DNA of 63,590 nt, filler included, from an uncultured Rhodopirellula sp. (GTDB taxonomy: Bacteria > Planctomycetota > Planctomycetia > Pirellulales > Pirellulaceae): NCBI GenBank assembly GCA_964007735.1. It is 3 parts of 3 records of this genome, joined end to end, with 100 filler letters (N's around TTAATTAATTAA, not from the genome) between each part and the next. Parts side by side here need not be neighbours in the genome. Positions count along the whole stretch, not along the records: positions 1 to 26,219 come from CAXGAI010000058.1; 2 more parts are not named here. One strand, written 5' to 3'. How positions within the stretch are numbered: the first letter of the stretch is position 1; each line of letters opens with the position of its first letter. Under the pieces are notes generated by a model that was not told where the DNA came from, did no database searches, and saw nothing but the letters and a program-made list of their open reading frames with translations. Position numbers and translations under genes: made by a program. Below are positions 9,792 through 21,600 of this stretch, in pieces.

Positions 9792-12011
9792 ATGATAACG
9801 TCACAGAAACCCCCTTACAGAACGATACTTATCGGGGGAGTATTATCGCTTTTGCTATTACCATCGCTTACAAAGGCCGAGCGCCCGATCATCGCTGGAC
9901 CTATCGCAAATTCAATTTCAGCATCAAGAAATCAAAAAATGTCCGCTTTTCAATATCCAAACACACGACGTGATGACACGGAAGATAATTACCACGGCAC
10001 GAAGATCGCCGATCCCTACCGCTGGCTGGAGGATACCGAATCTGAAGAAACTGCAGGTTGGGTCAAGGATCAGAATAAAGTCACCTTCGACTATTTAAGA
10101 AACATCTCTACCCGACAACCCATTGTCGATCGACTGACTTCGCTTTGGAATTACGAGCGATTTGGCCGCCCATTTAAACGTGGAGAATCCTATTTTTACT
10201 CTCATAACAACGGGCTTCAGAATCAAAGCGTGTTGTACGTCACTAATTCACTGGAAAGTGAAGCCAGAGTTCTACTGGATCCAAACCAGTGGTCGAAAGA
10301 AGGAACCAAAGCACTCTCGTCCTATTCGCCCAGCCCTAACGGAAAGCTGATGGCTTATAGCATTTCATCTGCAGGATCAGACTGGCGCGAATGGCATGTC
10401 TTAAATGTTGAAACGGGCGAGAAACTGGAGGACCATATCCAGTGGTCCAAATTCTCAAGTGCGTCCTGGGCCAACGACAACTCCGGCTTCTTTTACAGCC
10501 GTTATGACGAGCCTAAAGAAGGAAAAGAGTTCTCAGGCACCAATTACTTCCAAAAATTGTATTTTCACAAAATCGGAACATCTCAATCCGAAGACCAACT
10601 TATTTATCAGCGCGGTGACCAAAAGGAATGGGGCTTTGGTGGCTATGTCACAGAGGACGGCAACTACCTCATCATCTCCGTCTGGAAAGGATCGGATCGC
10701 AAGAATCAAATTTTTTATAAAGATCTAACCAAGGCTGATGCAAAAGTTGTTGAACTAATCTCCGGATTCGACGCCGACTACGACTTCATCGGAAATGACG
10801 GAAGTCAGTTCTGGATTCTAACGGACCTGGAGGCTCCTCAGAAACGAGTCGTCCAAATCGATCTCAACAAGCCATCGCGCGAGCACTGGAAAACCTTGAT
10901 TGCAGAAGCAGAACATCGTCTCGAAAGCATTTCCAATACCGGTGGCCAGTTCATTGTCCAATATCTACAGGATGCTCAGAATCGGGTCTATGTATTCGCC
11001 GAAGATGGGGATCCGATTCGTGAAGTCAAGTTACCCGGAGTTGGGTCGACAAGTGGCTTTGGTGGCAAACGTGCCGAAACAGAAACTTTCTATAGCTTTA
11101 CAAACTACGTCACACCAACTCGCATCTACCGTTACAACATTGAAACGGGCGAATCTGAGCTATACAAAGAGCCCGATGTCGCTTTTGACCCCGAGAACTA
11201 TGAAACCAAGCAGGTTTTTGTAACTAGCAAAGATGGCACGACGGTTCCAATGTTCGTTACGAGCAAGAAGGGACTGAAACGCAACGGCAAAAATCCAACC
11301 ATCCTATACGGATATGGCGGATTCGATATATCTCTAACGCCGGGCTTCTCCGTTGCCAATCTCGTTTGGTTGGAAATGGGGGGCGTTTATGCGGTCGCCA
11401 ACCTACGTGGCGGTGGAGAATACGGCTTGAGGTGGCATGAAGCGGGAATGCGTGACAATAAGCAAAACGTATTTGATGATTTCATTTCGTGTGCAGAATG
11501 GCTCCTTAAAGAGAAGTACACCAATACACCCAACCTTGCAATTCGAGGAGGCAGTAACGGCGGCCTGTTGGTAGGCGCTTGTATGACCCAACGTCCTGAC
11601 CTGTATGGTGCAGCCATACCAGCCGTTGGTGTGATGGACATGTTGCGTTACCACAAGTTCACAATTGGTTGGGCTTGGGTTGGCGAATATGGCAGTTCCG
11701 ACGACGGACACCAGTTCAACACACTCATTAAGTACTCCCCGCTGCATAATCTGCGTCCGGGTACCAATTACCCTCCGACGATGGTTACAACGGCGGACCA
11801 TGACGATCGAGTCGTACCTGGCCATAGTTTCAAGTTTGCGGCGCAACTTCAACATTGCCATCGGGGTAAAAATCCAGTCTTGATCCGAATCGAAGAAAGT
11901 GCCGGACACGGGGCCGGTACCCCTACCAGCAAACGTATTGATGCAGCGGCCGACGTTTTTGCATTCCTAACTGAAGTTCTGAAGAATAAACGCTGGACGA
12001 TCGGAGATTAA
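9792..12011 (+). CDS. Prolyl oligopeptidase (S9A) with signal peptide
   Basis: DPYRWLED, YGYGGF, NLRGGGEYG, catalytic GGSNGG, DHDDRV and GHGAG. Confidence 0.96.
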   Translation: MITSQKPPYRTILIGGVLSLLLLPSLTKAERPIIAGPIANSISASRNQKMSAFQYPNTRRDDTEDNYHGTKIADPYRWLEDTESEETAGWVKDQNKVTFDYLRNISTRQPIVDRLTSLWNYERFGRPFKRGESYFYSHNNGLQNQSVLYVTNSLESEARVLLDPNQWSKEGTKALSSYSPSPNGKLMAYSISSAGSDWREWHVLNVETGEKLEDHIQWSKFSSASWANDNSGFFYSRYDEPKEGKEFSGTNYFQKLYFHKIGTSQSEDQLIYQRGDQKEWGFGGYVTEDGNYLIISVWKGSDRKNQIFYKDLTKADAKVVELISGFDADYDFIGNDGSQFWILTDLEAPQKRVVQIDLNKPSREHWKTLIAEAEHRLESISNTGGQFIVQYLQDAQNRVYVFAEDGDPIREVKLPGVGSTSGFGGKRAETETFYSFTNYVTPTRIYRYNIETGESELYKEPDVAFDPENYETKQVFVTSKDGTTVPMFVTSKKGLKRNGKNPTILYGYGGFDISLTPGFSVANLVWLEMGGVYAVANLRGGGEYGLRWHEAGMRDNKQNVFDDFISCAEWLLKEKYTNTPNLAIRGGSNGGLLVGACMTQRPDLYGAAIPAVGVMDMLRYHKFTIGWAWVGEYGSSDDGHQFNTLIKYSPLHNLRPGTNYPPTMVTTADHDDRVVPGHSFKFAAQLQHCHRGKNPVLIRIEESAGHGAGTPTSKRIDAAADVFAFLTEVLKNKRWTIGD

Positions 12012-12017
12012 ATCACC

Positions 12018-12839
12018 ATGAAATTAGGCTTAATTAACTCTGCCTGGGTACAGGCCAATCAGCCAACTCAATTTGGCCTGCAAAAGACTAAGGAAATCGG
12101 CTTTGATTGTATCGATATTTTTATCGACCCGCTCGATGCTGGTATTCAGGAACGTCGATTAATTAAAGACGAGTGTGATCGCCTCGATTTGCCCATTAAA
12201 TCCATCTGCTGTGTAGCTGTTGGCCTGATTGACTTTAATCCCAGCGTTCAGCAATTTCATCTGGAACGTTGTAAACAGTACCTCGACCTCGTATACGAAT
12301 ACAACGGTGACAACTTATTGCTCGTGCTTGGTGAATATATTTGGCAACAGGAAGTCATCCCACCTGCTGAGCAATGGAATACAGCTGTGGAGCACTGTCG
12401 GACACTGGGCATCTATGCTGAGAAACTGGGAGTACAAATCGCATTAGAGTTGGAACCCTTCAAACTGTCATTACTCAATAACATTGAGAATATGGCTAAG
12501 TTTATTGACGAAGTAAATCACTCCGCAGTTAAGGCCAATATTGATATCTCCCATGTGTTATTAGCAGGCGACTCTCCTGAAGATATCCTTAAACTCAGGG
12601 ATCGCGCCATCCATGTTCATATTTCTGATTGCGATGGGAAAGTTCATGGAGATTTACCACCAGGACGAGGTGTATGTGACTTCATCCCCTATCTGAAGGC
12701 CATTAAAGAGCTTAATTTTGATGGCACTATATCTATTGAGCTCGAATACTCTCCAGAACCGGACAAAATCGTGGAATGGGTAGAAGAAGCCTACAGAGAA
12801 ACCGATGCTTTAATGCAGCGGGTAGGCTTGCGTAGTTAA
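12018..12839 (+). CDS. Sugar phosphate isomerase/epimerase (xylose isomerase-like TIM barrel, AP_endonuc_2; ketose 3-epimerase-like)
   Basis: Metal-ligand pattern ALELEP, NIDISH, HVHISD, H..PGRG and SIELE. Confidence 0.85.
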   Translation: MKLGLINSAWVQANQPTQFGLQKTKEIGFDCIDIFIDPLDAGIQERRLIKDECDRLDLPIKSICCVAVGLIDFNPSVQQFHLERCKQYLDLVYEYNGDNLLLVLGEYIWQQEVIPPAEQWNTAVEHCRTLGIYAEKLGVQIALELEPFKLSLLNNIENMAKFIDEVNHSAVKANIDISHVLLAGDSPEDILKLRDRAIHVHISDCDGKVHGDLPPGRGVCDFIPYLKAIKELNFDGTISIELEYSPEPDKIVEWVEEAYRETDALMQRVGLRS

Positions 12840-12875
12840 CCAACCGGCAATCGTACTTCTAGAGGAGCCGTCGTT

Positions 12876-13970
12876 TTGATAAGTGACTCAGCCCATCTTC
12901 CTCAACTACCTCATCGTCGTGACACTCCGATTGGTTGTATCGGCTCCGGTTTCATCATGTCAGATTGCCACTTGGTAGCCTATAAGAACGCCGGATTTAA
13001 TCCTATCGCTATTGCTTCCAGAACACCCGCCAATAGTAGGAAGGTAGCTGGGCGACATGGGCTAAAGGCTTACGAGACTTATCCGGAAATGCTGGAGCAA
13101 GCGGACATTGAAGTGGTCGATGTAGCGGTACCACCGGATGCTCAATTAGACGTCATCCGTGAAATCACTCGGCATGCCGGAAAGATCAGGGGAATACTGG
13201 CCCAAAAACCATTAGGGATTAATTATCAACAGGCGGTTGAAATTGTTTCATTGTGTGAGCAAGCGAACATTGTTCTGTCTGTTAATCAAAACATGAGGTA
13301 TGACCAAAGCGTGAGAGCTTGTCGGGCAGTTATCGATAAAGGGTTGCTGGGGGATCCCGTTTTCGCGAGTATCGACATGAGAGCAATCCCGCACTGGATG
13401 CCATGGCAGCAGCGGCAGGGCTGGGTAACGTTACGTATCATGTCTATTCACCATCTGGACACATTCCGCTACTGGTTGGGAGATCCGATAAGAGTTTTTT
13501 GCAGTACACGGCCTGATCCTCGCACGTCCTTCGAACACTCGGATGGAATCTGCCTCTACATTCTGGAATACGAGAACGGTGCTCGTGCAAGCAGTTGGGA
13601 TGATGTCTGGGCAGGCCCCGCCAAAGAAGGGGCTGCAGCAGATATTGGAATTAATTGGCGAGTGGAAGGAACGACCGGAATGGCCCGAGGTACGATCGGT
13701 TGGCCTGAATATCCTGCACGCACTCCAAGTACGCTGGACTATACCAACAGTTCCCTGGGAGATCGGTGGATTGAGCCGCGCTGGAATGAAGTTTGGTTTC
13801 CCGATGCCTTTGCAGGTACGATGGCTCAACTTCTCGTCGCTTTGGAATCCGGAAACACCCCGGAAATAAGTGCTCAAGACAATCTCAAAACAATGGCTCT
13901 CGTGGATGCCTGTTATTTGTCAGCTCAAGAACACCGCGCCGTAGAAATTGACGAAATCACCAACCGATAG
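12876..13970 (+). CDS. Gfo/Idh/MocA family oxidoreductase
   Basis: IGCIGSGFI Rossmann motif, [13 protein letters not shown] and SIHHLD. Confidence 0.88.
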   Translation: MISDSAHLPQLPHRRDTPIGCIGSGFIMSDCHLVAYKNAGFNPIAIASRTPANSRKVAGRHGLKAYETYPEMLEQADIEVVDVAVPPDAQLDVIREITRHAGKIRGILAQKPLGINYQQAVEIVSLCEQANIVLSVNQNMRYDQSVRACRAVIDKGLLGDPVFASIDMRAIPHWMPWQQRQGWVTLRIMSIHHLDTFRYWLGDPIRVFCSTRPDPRTSFEHSDGICLYILEYENGARASSWDDVWAGPAKEGAAADIGINWRVEGTTGMARGTIGWPEYPARTPSTLDYTNSSLGDRWIEPRWNEVWFPDAFAGTMAQLLVALESGNTPEISAQDNLKTMALVDACYLSAQEHRAVEIDEITNR

Positions 13971-13999
13971 CCCGCCTGATATCGGGATTCAGCAATGCT

Positions 14000-15448
14000 C
14001 TAATCTTCGATCTGATGAACAAATAATTCGTCATGTCCCAGAGTACCGAATGTACTACTGGTTACGAATACGGCATAATCACCATCTGTGAGTAACGCTT
14101 GCTCTCTTCCCCAATTCTCCACAGCCGTTCTCAGTTCTTCACCACTATCCAACGGCATTCCTCGTAATGGAATAATCCCCCAGAACAGGCAAAGCTGACG
14201 AAGCGTACTCAGATTCCTGCTTACCCCCACGGTCGGAATATAGTCACGTTGCTTGGCTTTGATACGAGCTGTATTTCCCGTACGTGTCGCAATAACGACA
14301 AGTTTGGCTTCCAAGCGATCTGCAATACGAGCGGCACCGTAAACAACCGCTGACGTTACCAGTTGCACGCCATCGGCGACCTTGGGAGAGGCATATTCAG
14401 GCATGTCTACCAAGCTTGATTCAGTATTGAGCATAATACGATTCATCATGGCCACCGACTCAACCGGATAATCACCAATCGCCGTTTCACCGGAGAGCAT
14501 ACAGGCATCGGCTCCGTCGAGAATGGCATTAGCGACATCCGACGCTTCCGCTCGTGTCGGACGAGTGGACTTATGCATGCTATCGAGCATTTGAGTGGCA
14601 ACGATGACCGGTTTGGAATACTCCTGACACTTGCGGATGATTCGCTTTTGCGCCATGGGAGTTTCAGCCACATCGATCTCCACTCCCAGATCACCACGAG
14701 CCACCATGACACCATCTGCCGCCAGCACGATTTCATCAAGTCGTTGTAGGGCTTCCCGCTTTTCAATTTTAGCGATAACCATGGCACTCGAAGCATGGTC
14801 ACGAACAATCTGCTTCAACTCAACGATTTCCAACGGGGTGCGCACAAAGCTCAGACTGATGAAGTCTACGCCTGCTTTCGCAGCCCAGTGAGCATTTTCG
14901 TGATCCCGTTCAGTCATCGCCGGTACACTGAGAGAAACGCCCGGCAGGTTCACCCCCTGTCGACTGCGAACGGTGCCCCCTTCCGTCACTTCACAAACGG
15001 CTTCACCATCTTCAATGGCCACAACTTTCAGAGCGACCGTGCCGTCAGCCAGCATTACATTGTCGCCTAGAGAAAGTTCATCAATTAAGGACTCATAATT
15101 TGTCGTAAATTCTGATGTGCTATTAGACTCATTCCCTGCGACAAAACGAATTTCCTCGCCCAGAGTACAAACTTTTGGATCTTGAAATAATTCACCCAAA
15201 CGAATTTTCGGGCCAGCCAAGTCAACCAAAATTGCTATGGGGCGTCCAACGGCTTCGCTCACTTCGCGAATACGGTCAAAAACCGCCTGATGTTCAGAGC
15301 GTGTTCCGTGAGCCATATTAATACGAAAGACATCCACCCCCTCCAAAATCAATTCCTCAATCATCTCAGGACTGGAAGATACAGGCCCAAGAGTCGACAC
15401 GATTTTAGTTCTGGCTCGTTTCGTTGAATGTTCTGTTGATGCCATCAT
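14000..15448 (-). CDS. pyk: Pyruvate kinase
   Basis: RTKIVSTLGP, DLAGPKIR, IAKIEK, MVARGDLGVE, ATQMLDSM and MLSGETA. ATG 15448/15445 follows an AAGGA RBS. Confidence 0.98.
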   Translation of the reverse strand: MMASTEHSTKRARTKIVSTLGPVSSSPEMIEELILEGVDVFRINMAHGTRSEHQAVFDRIREVSEAVGRPIAILVDLAGPKIRLGELFQDPKVCTLGEEIRFVAGNESNSTSEFTTNYESLIDELSLGDNVMLADGTVALKVVAIEDGEAVCEVTEGGTVRSRQGVNLPGVSLSVPAMTERDHENAHWAAKAGVDFISLSFVRTPLEIVELKQIVRDHASSAMVIAKIEKREALQRLDEIVLAADGVMVARGDLGVEIDVAETPMAQKRIIRKCQEYSKPVIVATQMLDSMHKSTRPTRAEASDVANAILDGADACMLSGETAIGDYPVESVAMMNRIMLNTESSLVDMPEYASPKVADGVQLVTSAVVYGAARIADRLEAKLVVIATRTGNTARIKAKQRDYIPTVGVSRNLSTLRQLCLFWGIIPLRGMPLDSGEELRTAVENWGREQALLTDGDYAVFVTSSTFGTLGHDELFVHQIED

Positions 15449-15557
15449 TATCCTTTTTATTCGCAGCAAGCATCCGCTTCTTCAGGATACCAATTCACCA
15501 ATCCCATGGATACGCCCCTCGAATTCACTTCGCCCTGCAAATAAGAGACAAACTAAA

Positions 15558-16199
15558 TTGAGCATCAATCAGTCAATGAATGAATTTCATCCCCGCACCG
15601 CCGATCTCCCTTACAATAAAATCATGAAGACAAATAACATTAAGAGTTGCGAACCCGAACTGGCTGACACAAACACTGCGCCTCCCCCAACAAAGCTATG
15701 GCGAACAAAAGGATTCCGCTGGTCCTTCATTATCTTCAGCCTGATCACCGGAATTCTGCTGCTCATCAATCACAGCGGTCGAATGATCGATGTAAATCGT
15801 GAAATTCTATCTTTAGCAAAAGAGAATTGGGAGGTGGCTCAAATCGAAGATTATCTTGTAGAAATCTCAGTCAACGCATCCGGAAAAGACGTTTATGAAG
15901 TTACCGTTGTCGATAATAAACCGGTACTGGTAAAACTCAATGGAAAAGATCTTCATCGTCGTCACGCCTTCGATACTTGGACAATCACAGGAATGCTCGA
16001 CACCATTGCCATTGATATCGAACATTGTGAACGTTGGGAGGCAGGTCGAGCAGCACCCGGTACATGCGATCTAATTATTAAAGCGACGTTTGATCAGGAA
16101 AAAGGAATTCCGCTCAAATACATTCGCATGGAGTTGGGTCGCCCAAGCAATGTCGGTGTCATGGACTGGGAAATTACCCGTTTTGAACCAACTCGATGA
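15558..16199 (+). CDS. Hypothetical membrane-anchored protein (DUF6174-like C-terminal part); start uncertain
   Basis: One TM segment, then W.....DY...I...YEVTV, TITGMLD and FDQEKGIP..I...W.ITRF, which resembles DUF6174. Confidence 0.5.
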   Translation: MSINQSMNEFHPRTADLPYNKIMKTNNIKSCEPELADTNTAPPPTKLWRTKGFRWSFIIFSLITGILLLINHSGRMIDVNREILSLAKENWEVAQIEDYLVEISVNASGKDVYEVTVVDNKPVLVKLNGKDLHRRHAFDTWTITGMLDTIAIDIEHCERWEAGRAAPGTCDLIIKATFDQEKGIPLKYIRMELGRPSNVGVMDWEITRFEPTR

Positions 16200-16315
16200 T
16201 CTGCCATCTAGGAATACTCTAAGTAACCAATAGTCACTTTTGCTTTTACTATTTAAGATGAACTTCTAATCTTGCCCGCAGGGCTCTTCAATATTCCATT
16301 CAACCTCAGGCAGAT

Positions 16316-17116
16316 ATGCAAAGCTGGAATAACAAAGTGGTTGTCATTACTGGCGGCACTGCCGGTATCGGTAAAGCGTTGGCACTCGCCAGCCAGCAGG
16401 CAGGCGCGCAGACTGTGGTTATCGCTCGGAGCACGGATGGTCTGAAGGCTATGGAAGAACAAGCCGATGGAAAAATCCATGGTGTTCAGGGAGACGTCAC
16501 AGAGGATGACTCCATTCAGTCTGCTATTGGCGAAGTGATTGAAAAGTTTGGACGAATTGATGTCTGGATCAATAACGTAGGAAAGAGTTGTCGTGGAGAA
16601 GCACGATCGACAACTGTCGAGGAATTCAGAGACTTTCTTGACTTCAATTTCCTGACAGCCGTTCGTTGCACCAATGCCGTTCTAAAATATCTAATCGAAT
16701 CTAAAGGCACCCTCGTCAATATTGGCTCGTTGGCCAGTAAAACTGGCGGGTTTTATATGGGGCCTTATCCAGCCAGTAAATTTCCTCTTGCCGGTTACTC
16801 GCACCAACTTCGTCTCGAGTTGGAAGCCGATGGTGTCGGTGTGCTTCTCGTCTGTCCCGGCCCCGTAGCTCGCAAGGATTCCGGAACTCGGTACAATATT
16901 AATCAATCACTGCCAGAGGCCGCCACCTTGCCGGCAGGGGGCGTAAAAATCGGACGTCTTTGCCCGGATAAGCTTGCTGAGAAAGTTCTGCGAGCTATTG
17001 AAAAAGGAAAGAAAGAACTAATACTTCCTAAGCTCGCTCGTTGGCTCTTCGCCATTAGTCAGCTATCGCCGCGTTTTGGTGACCAGATAATCAAACGTAA
17101 ATCGAACCGTTCTTAG
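16316..17116 (+). CDS. SDR family oxidoreductase
   Basis: TGGTAGIG, NNVG, NIGS and YPASK. Confidence 0.93.
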   Translation: MQSWNNKVVVITGGTAGIGKALALASQQAGAQTVVIARSTDGLKAMEEQADGKIHGVQGDVTEDDSIQSAIGEVIEKFGRIDVWINNVGKSCRGEARSTTVEEFRDFLDFNFLTAVRCTNAVLKYLIESKGTLVNIGSLASKTGGFYMGPYPASKFPLAGYSHQLRLELEADGVGVLLVCPGPVARKDSGTRYNINQSLPEAATLPAGGVKIGRLCPDKLAEKVLRAIEKGKKELILPKLARWLFAISQLSPRFGDQIIKRKSNRS

Positions 17117-17281
17117 CGGTGCTTCAAAACCGTGGAGAACCACCACATCGCTGCCCAAAAAGTAAGCTCCTCTGGTTGTCACTCCCGCTTGCATTTGGCA
17201 CCATAAGTAGTGCTGAGCGTTTATTTAATCTCACTCAGCTTTTCTAAATCACATTTCCTGTTGTTTTGAAAGTATTAACAA

Positions 17282-18592
17282 ATGGCCGCTTTTCCAGAAA
17301 TTGAAAAGATCCAATACGAAGGTCCGGATTCGAAGAATCCTTTCGCCTACCGCTGGTATGACGAAACCAAAGTCATCGAAGGTAAAACCATGAAAGACCA
17401 CTTCCGGTTTAGTGTGGTCTACTGGCATACATTCCGTGGTAATGGCTCGGACCCATTCGGATCGCCAACACTGCAGCGTCCCTGGGACGATGGTAGTGAA
17501 TCTGTGGAAAATGCCTGTAACCGGGCACGCGCTGCATTTGAGTTTATGGAAAAGCTTGGCTGCCCTTACTATGCATTCCACGACCGCGACGTCGCTCCGG
17601 AAGGTGCAACTCTGGGCGAATCCCACGCGAATCTTGATGCCGTAGTGAAAGTCCTGAAAGAAGAACAGGAACGAACAGGTATTAAGTTACTGTGGGGTAC
17701 AGCTAACATGTTTAGCAACCCACGATTTATGCACGGTGCCTCCACCAGTTGTAATGCTGATGTGTTTGCATACTCTGCCGCGCAGGTCAAAAAAGCGATG
17801 GAAGTCACTCACGAACTTGGTGGTGAAAACTATGTTTTCTGGGGAGGTCGTGAAGGTTATCAGACCCTTTACAACACTGACATCAAACGTGAAATGGATC
17901 ATATGGGCATGTTTATGAATATGGCCGTAGATCATGCTGACAAAATTGGCTTCAACGGGACATTCCTTATTGAACCAAAGCCCAAAGAGCCTACTAAACA
18001 TCAATACGACTCCGATGTCGCGGCCTGTGTTAACTTTTTGCGAGCTTACGGTCTTACTGACCGCTTTAAGCTTAACGTGGAAACAAACCACGCCACACTG
18101 GCTGGCCATACCATGATGCATGAACTCGATTATGCTGGTGCTCAAGGCATGCTGGGGTCAATCGATGCAAACACAGGTGACTTGATGCTGGGATGGGATA
18201 CCGATCAATTCCTGACTGACAATTACATTGCCACACAAATTATGCTGATGTTGCTTAAGTACGGTGGACTGACACCGGGCGGGGTTAATTTTGATGCGAA
18301 GGTTCGGCGTGAGAGCTTTGAACCCGTCGATCTATTCCACGCTCATGTTGGAAGTATTGACTGCTTTGCTCGCGGTTTAGAAATCGCAGCAGCTATCCGA
18401 GCTGACGGTGAATTACAAGACTTCGTTGATACTCGTTATGCCAGCTGGAATAACGGGGTAGGAGCTGAAATCGAGGCCGGTGCTCAATCCTTTGAGTCGC
18501 TCGAAACCTATATGCTTGAGAAAGGTGAAGTTAGTGATAACCAAAGCGGTCGTCAGGAAATGCTTGAGAATCTTATCAATCGTTACATGTAA
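17282..18592 (+). CDS. xylA: Xylose isomerase (class II)
   Basis: [55 protein letters not shown] and NFDAKVRR. Confidence 0.98.
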   Translation: MAAFPEIEKIQYEGPDSKNPFAYRWYDETKVIEGKTMKDHFRFSVVYWHTFRGNGSDPFGSPTLQRPWDDGSESVENACNRARAAFEFMEKLGCPYYAFHDRDVAPEGATLGESHANLDAVVKVLKEEQERTGIKLLWGTANMFSNPRFMHGASTSCNADVFAYSAAQVKKAMEVTHELGGENYVFWGGREGYQTLYNTDIKREMDHMGMFMNMAVDHADKIGFNGTFLIEPKPKEPTKHQYDSDVAACVNFLRAYGLTDRFKLNVETNHATLAGHTMMHELDYAGAQGMLGSIDANTGDLMLGWDTDQFLTDNYIATQIMLMLLKYGGLTPGGVNFDAKVRRESFEPVDLFHAHVGSIDCFARGLEIAAAIRADGELQDFVDTRYASWNNGVGAEIEAGAQSFESLETYMLEKGEVSDNQSGRQEMLENLINRYM

Positions 18593-18616
18593 AACAACCT
18601 GATAACGGACCATGAG

Positions 18617-18654
18617 AAAAGGGAACCGGCTGTTTCGGCCGGTTCCCTTTTTTT
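18617..18654. terminator. Intrinsic terminator, probably bidirectional, between xylA and the convergent large gene
   Basis: AAAAGGGAACCGGC-TGTTTCG-GCCGGTTCCCTTTTTTT: GC-rich stem with a T-tract on one side and an A-tract on the other. Confidence 0.9.
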
Positions 18655-18671
18655 CTTTTACCCAAAGAAGA

Positions 18672-21600
18672 CTATTTTTTATTATCATCCATGGCATCAT
18701 CCACAGCCCGAGCATAGAAATCATCGTATTCGGTAATAGCATTAATTGCCAACAAACCGATGTCAGATCCTGCCACTGAGTTCTCGAACTGCCATTGAGC
18801 CACCTGTTCATCACCATACTTAAGCGTCGCAATGTCATTTTCATACAACAGTGAAATTGCGAGATCGCGTTCCACAGCTATATCCGAATCACTAACTTTA
18901 GTTAGATGCTGTAGACGACCGTTAACTGACTCACCGATAACCCATTTTCGCCCACCTGTTAATGCACCCGCGTAGCGATAATTATTAGGATCCACATAAT
19001 TGAAGACAATCATCCCATTCTGTGCTTTTCCACTAATATTCTGGGAATTAATCGTCACTCCGGTTTCAAAGTCGGCAGGAGTTTCTTCGCCCAGATCGAC
19101 AAGAGAAATATTGTAGCTACTACCATCATTTCTAAAGCGTTGGTTTTGTACTTCCCAAACCCCGCTAATGCTGTCAAAATCCTGCGCCTGATTATCATCG
19201 AAATCTTCGGAGTAATTCAGCGAGTCTGCCACACGTACTGTGACTGTAGCAGTATCAGTAAACTCTTTCGGATCCTCTACATCGTAGGTAAACGTGAGCG
19301 TACCTTCGAAATCCGTAGCCGGAACAAACTGAACCTTATCTTCCAGCCCATCCTGATCGCTATCGACCAACGTCAATGTTGCTCGGTTTGAATTGGGCAT
19401 GACAAGTGACACCCCGGTAATCTCCAGTTTTCCATTAGGAGCGTAGTCATTGGCAAGAACATCAATGGTAATGGTTTCATTAATACCAGCACCGGCGCGA
19501 TCATCTTCAGCATCTGACTTAACAACATATTCTTCGATGACAATGTTATCGAAATAACTCCGGCCGTTAATCGTTAAAACACCAATCTGACCCGAATTTA
19601 GGTGGGCATCAAAAGTGTGAGAAGCGAGTTGATTTTCGTTAACAATCAGCGACACTTCCTTACCCTCAACACGAACAAGCAGATCGTAATTGGTACGAGT
19701 AGAAATATTTTGGCTGTTCGCCACAAGAACTGTCGTTCGACCTTCGCTTACCTGAGCAATCACCCATCTTCTATTACGCTGATCAGCACCAGCATAAACA
19801 TAGTTTTGCTCATCCTGATAATTAACCATCAGATAGGCATTGCCATTGTATCCACCAGCTTCCTGAATATTAATCTGAGCATTAACCTGATAGTTCACTG
19901 GCAATGCTTCTCCAACGAGAACGATTCCACGGTTGGCACTTCGTCCAACGGCCGTCAGTTTTTCATCGGAAATGATCCACTCATTTTGCGACAGGACCAA
20001 ATCAGGAGCTTCATTGTTATCAAAATTGATATTGATAGGCAATTCAGAGGCGACCGTCACTTCGACACGACCCGAATCCTGATAACCAGCCTCATCTTCT
20101 ATCACGTAAATGAAGGATTCAATTCCCCGGTATTCGGGGTCGGGCGTGAATGTCAGTTTGTCATTCTTACCATCATTATTAGAATCGACCAACTCAACCG
20201 TACCGTTATCGACACGGGAGTACGAAGTGATATGGAAGGAATCACCTTCACGTTCATGGTAGTCATTAGCCAACACATCGATTGTCACCGATGTATTCAC
20301 GATCGTCTGGCTCGAATCGTCTTCGGCGATCGGAGTCGGAACAATCTCTTTCACAAAGAAGTCATCGAACTTCGTCTGACTACGGTAAGTGTACAACCCA
20401 ACCTTACCGTCATTGAGCGTACCAGCAATCTCGGCACTCGCCTTGCTCACCCCATCGGCGTAGAACGTCACAAGGTTATTCTCCACGTGAAGTTCAAGAT
20501 CATACGTGTTATTCGGGTTAATCGAGGCACGAATGTTCGAAAGAATCGTTACACGACCAGCCACAATCTGACCTATCTGGTAACCCTGGCTCGTCTGACG
20601 GGCAAACTTGTAATTCGAAGCGTCCGAATAGTCGAACACGAAGCCACTCGCAAGGTAACCCTGCGTCGACTGGCTGGCACCCACCTTGTATTTACCCGGA
20701 AGTTCAACACCAAGGTTCACCGTCGCAATATTCACCGCGCGAGTGTCTGTCGACTGGAACCCACCACCGTAAAAACGCCACTTGTTCTCCGTATAGCTGA
20801 AGTCCACGGCACTGCCGTCGTTGAAGTCAACATCCAGCGGTAAAGCAGCCGCCACCGTCACCGACACATTACCTTTATCCTGCTGCCCATTGTTATCCAT
20901 GACGACGTAATCAAAGGACGTTGTGCCGCGAAAACCTTCCGCTGGGGTAAAGGTAATCGTGTCATTCTTACCATCCTGATTCGTATCCTTGAGTGTGGCC
21001 GTACCATTTTCCACATCAGACACCGAAGCCAGATAAATAAAGGTATTTTCGGACTCATGAGAATCGTTATTGAGCACTGCAATATCAACAGGAGTACCCA
21101 CCACTGTCTGTACTGAATCATTGGTCGCGACCGGAGACGGTACAAATTCCCGGATTTCAACATCATCCACGACAGCTTTCGAACGATTCGCACCTAATCC
21201 AAACAAGCCGTCAAGCGGCGTCGATGAATAGGTGTGGGCAAGAACTTCTTCTTCGCCTACAAGAAAAGCCAACTCTTTCCCGCGAATTACAACAGCTACC
21301 TCGTATTCTTTTCTAGTGCTAAGAGTCGCAGCCTGCGATTTCACAATCGTACGCTGGCCGTTAGACACCTGGCCCAAATACCAAACACGATTATTCACGC
21401 TACCGCCGACAAACTTATAGTTTCCAGCATCGGCAAAATCAAAAACCAATTCTACGTTCGACTGGTAACCGCTAACACTCGGCATCGAAACTGTCGCCGA
21501 GAATTCGGTTTCAGCCGGATTGTTCATACCGGTACGAATTTTAGCCAATGAATAACCATTACGGCTCTGAGCTACGTACGTTTCGCTGACTACTTTCCAA

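Noticed and set aside
19602..20843. 413-aa plus-strand ORF
   Set aside because: Antisense shadow of the 1488-aa gene, with no recognisable motifs.
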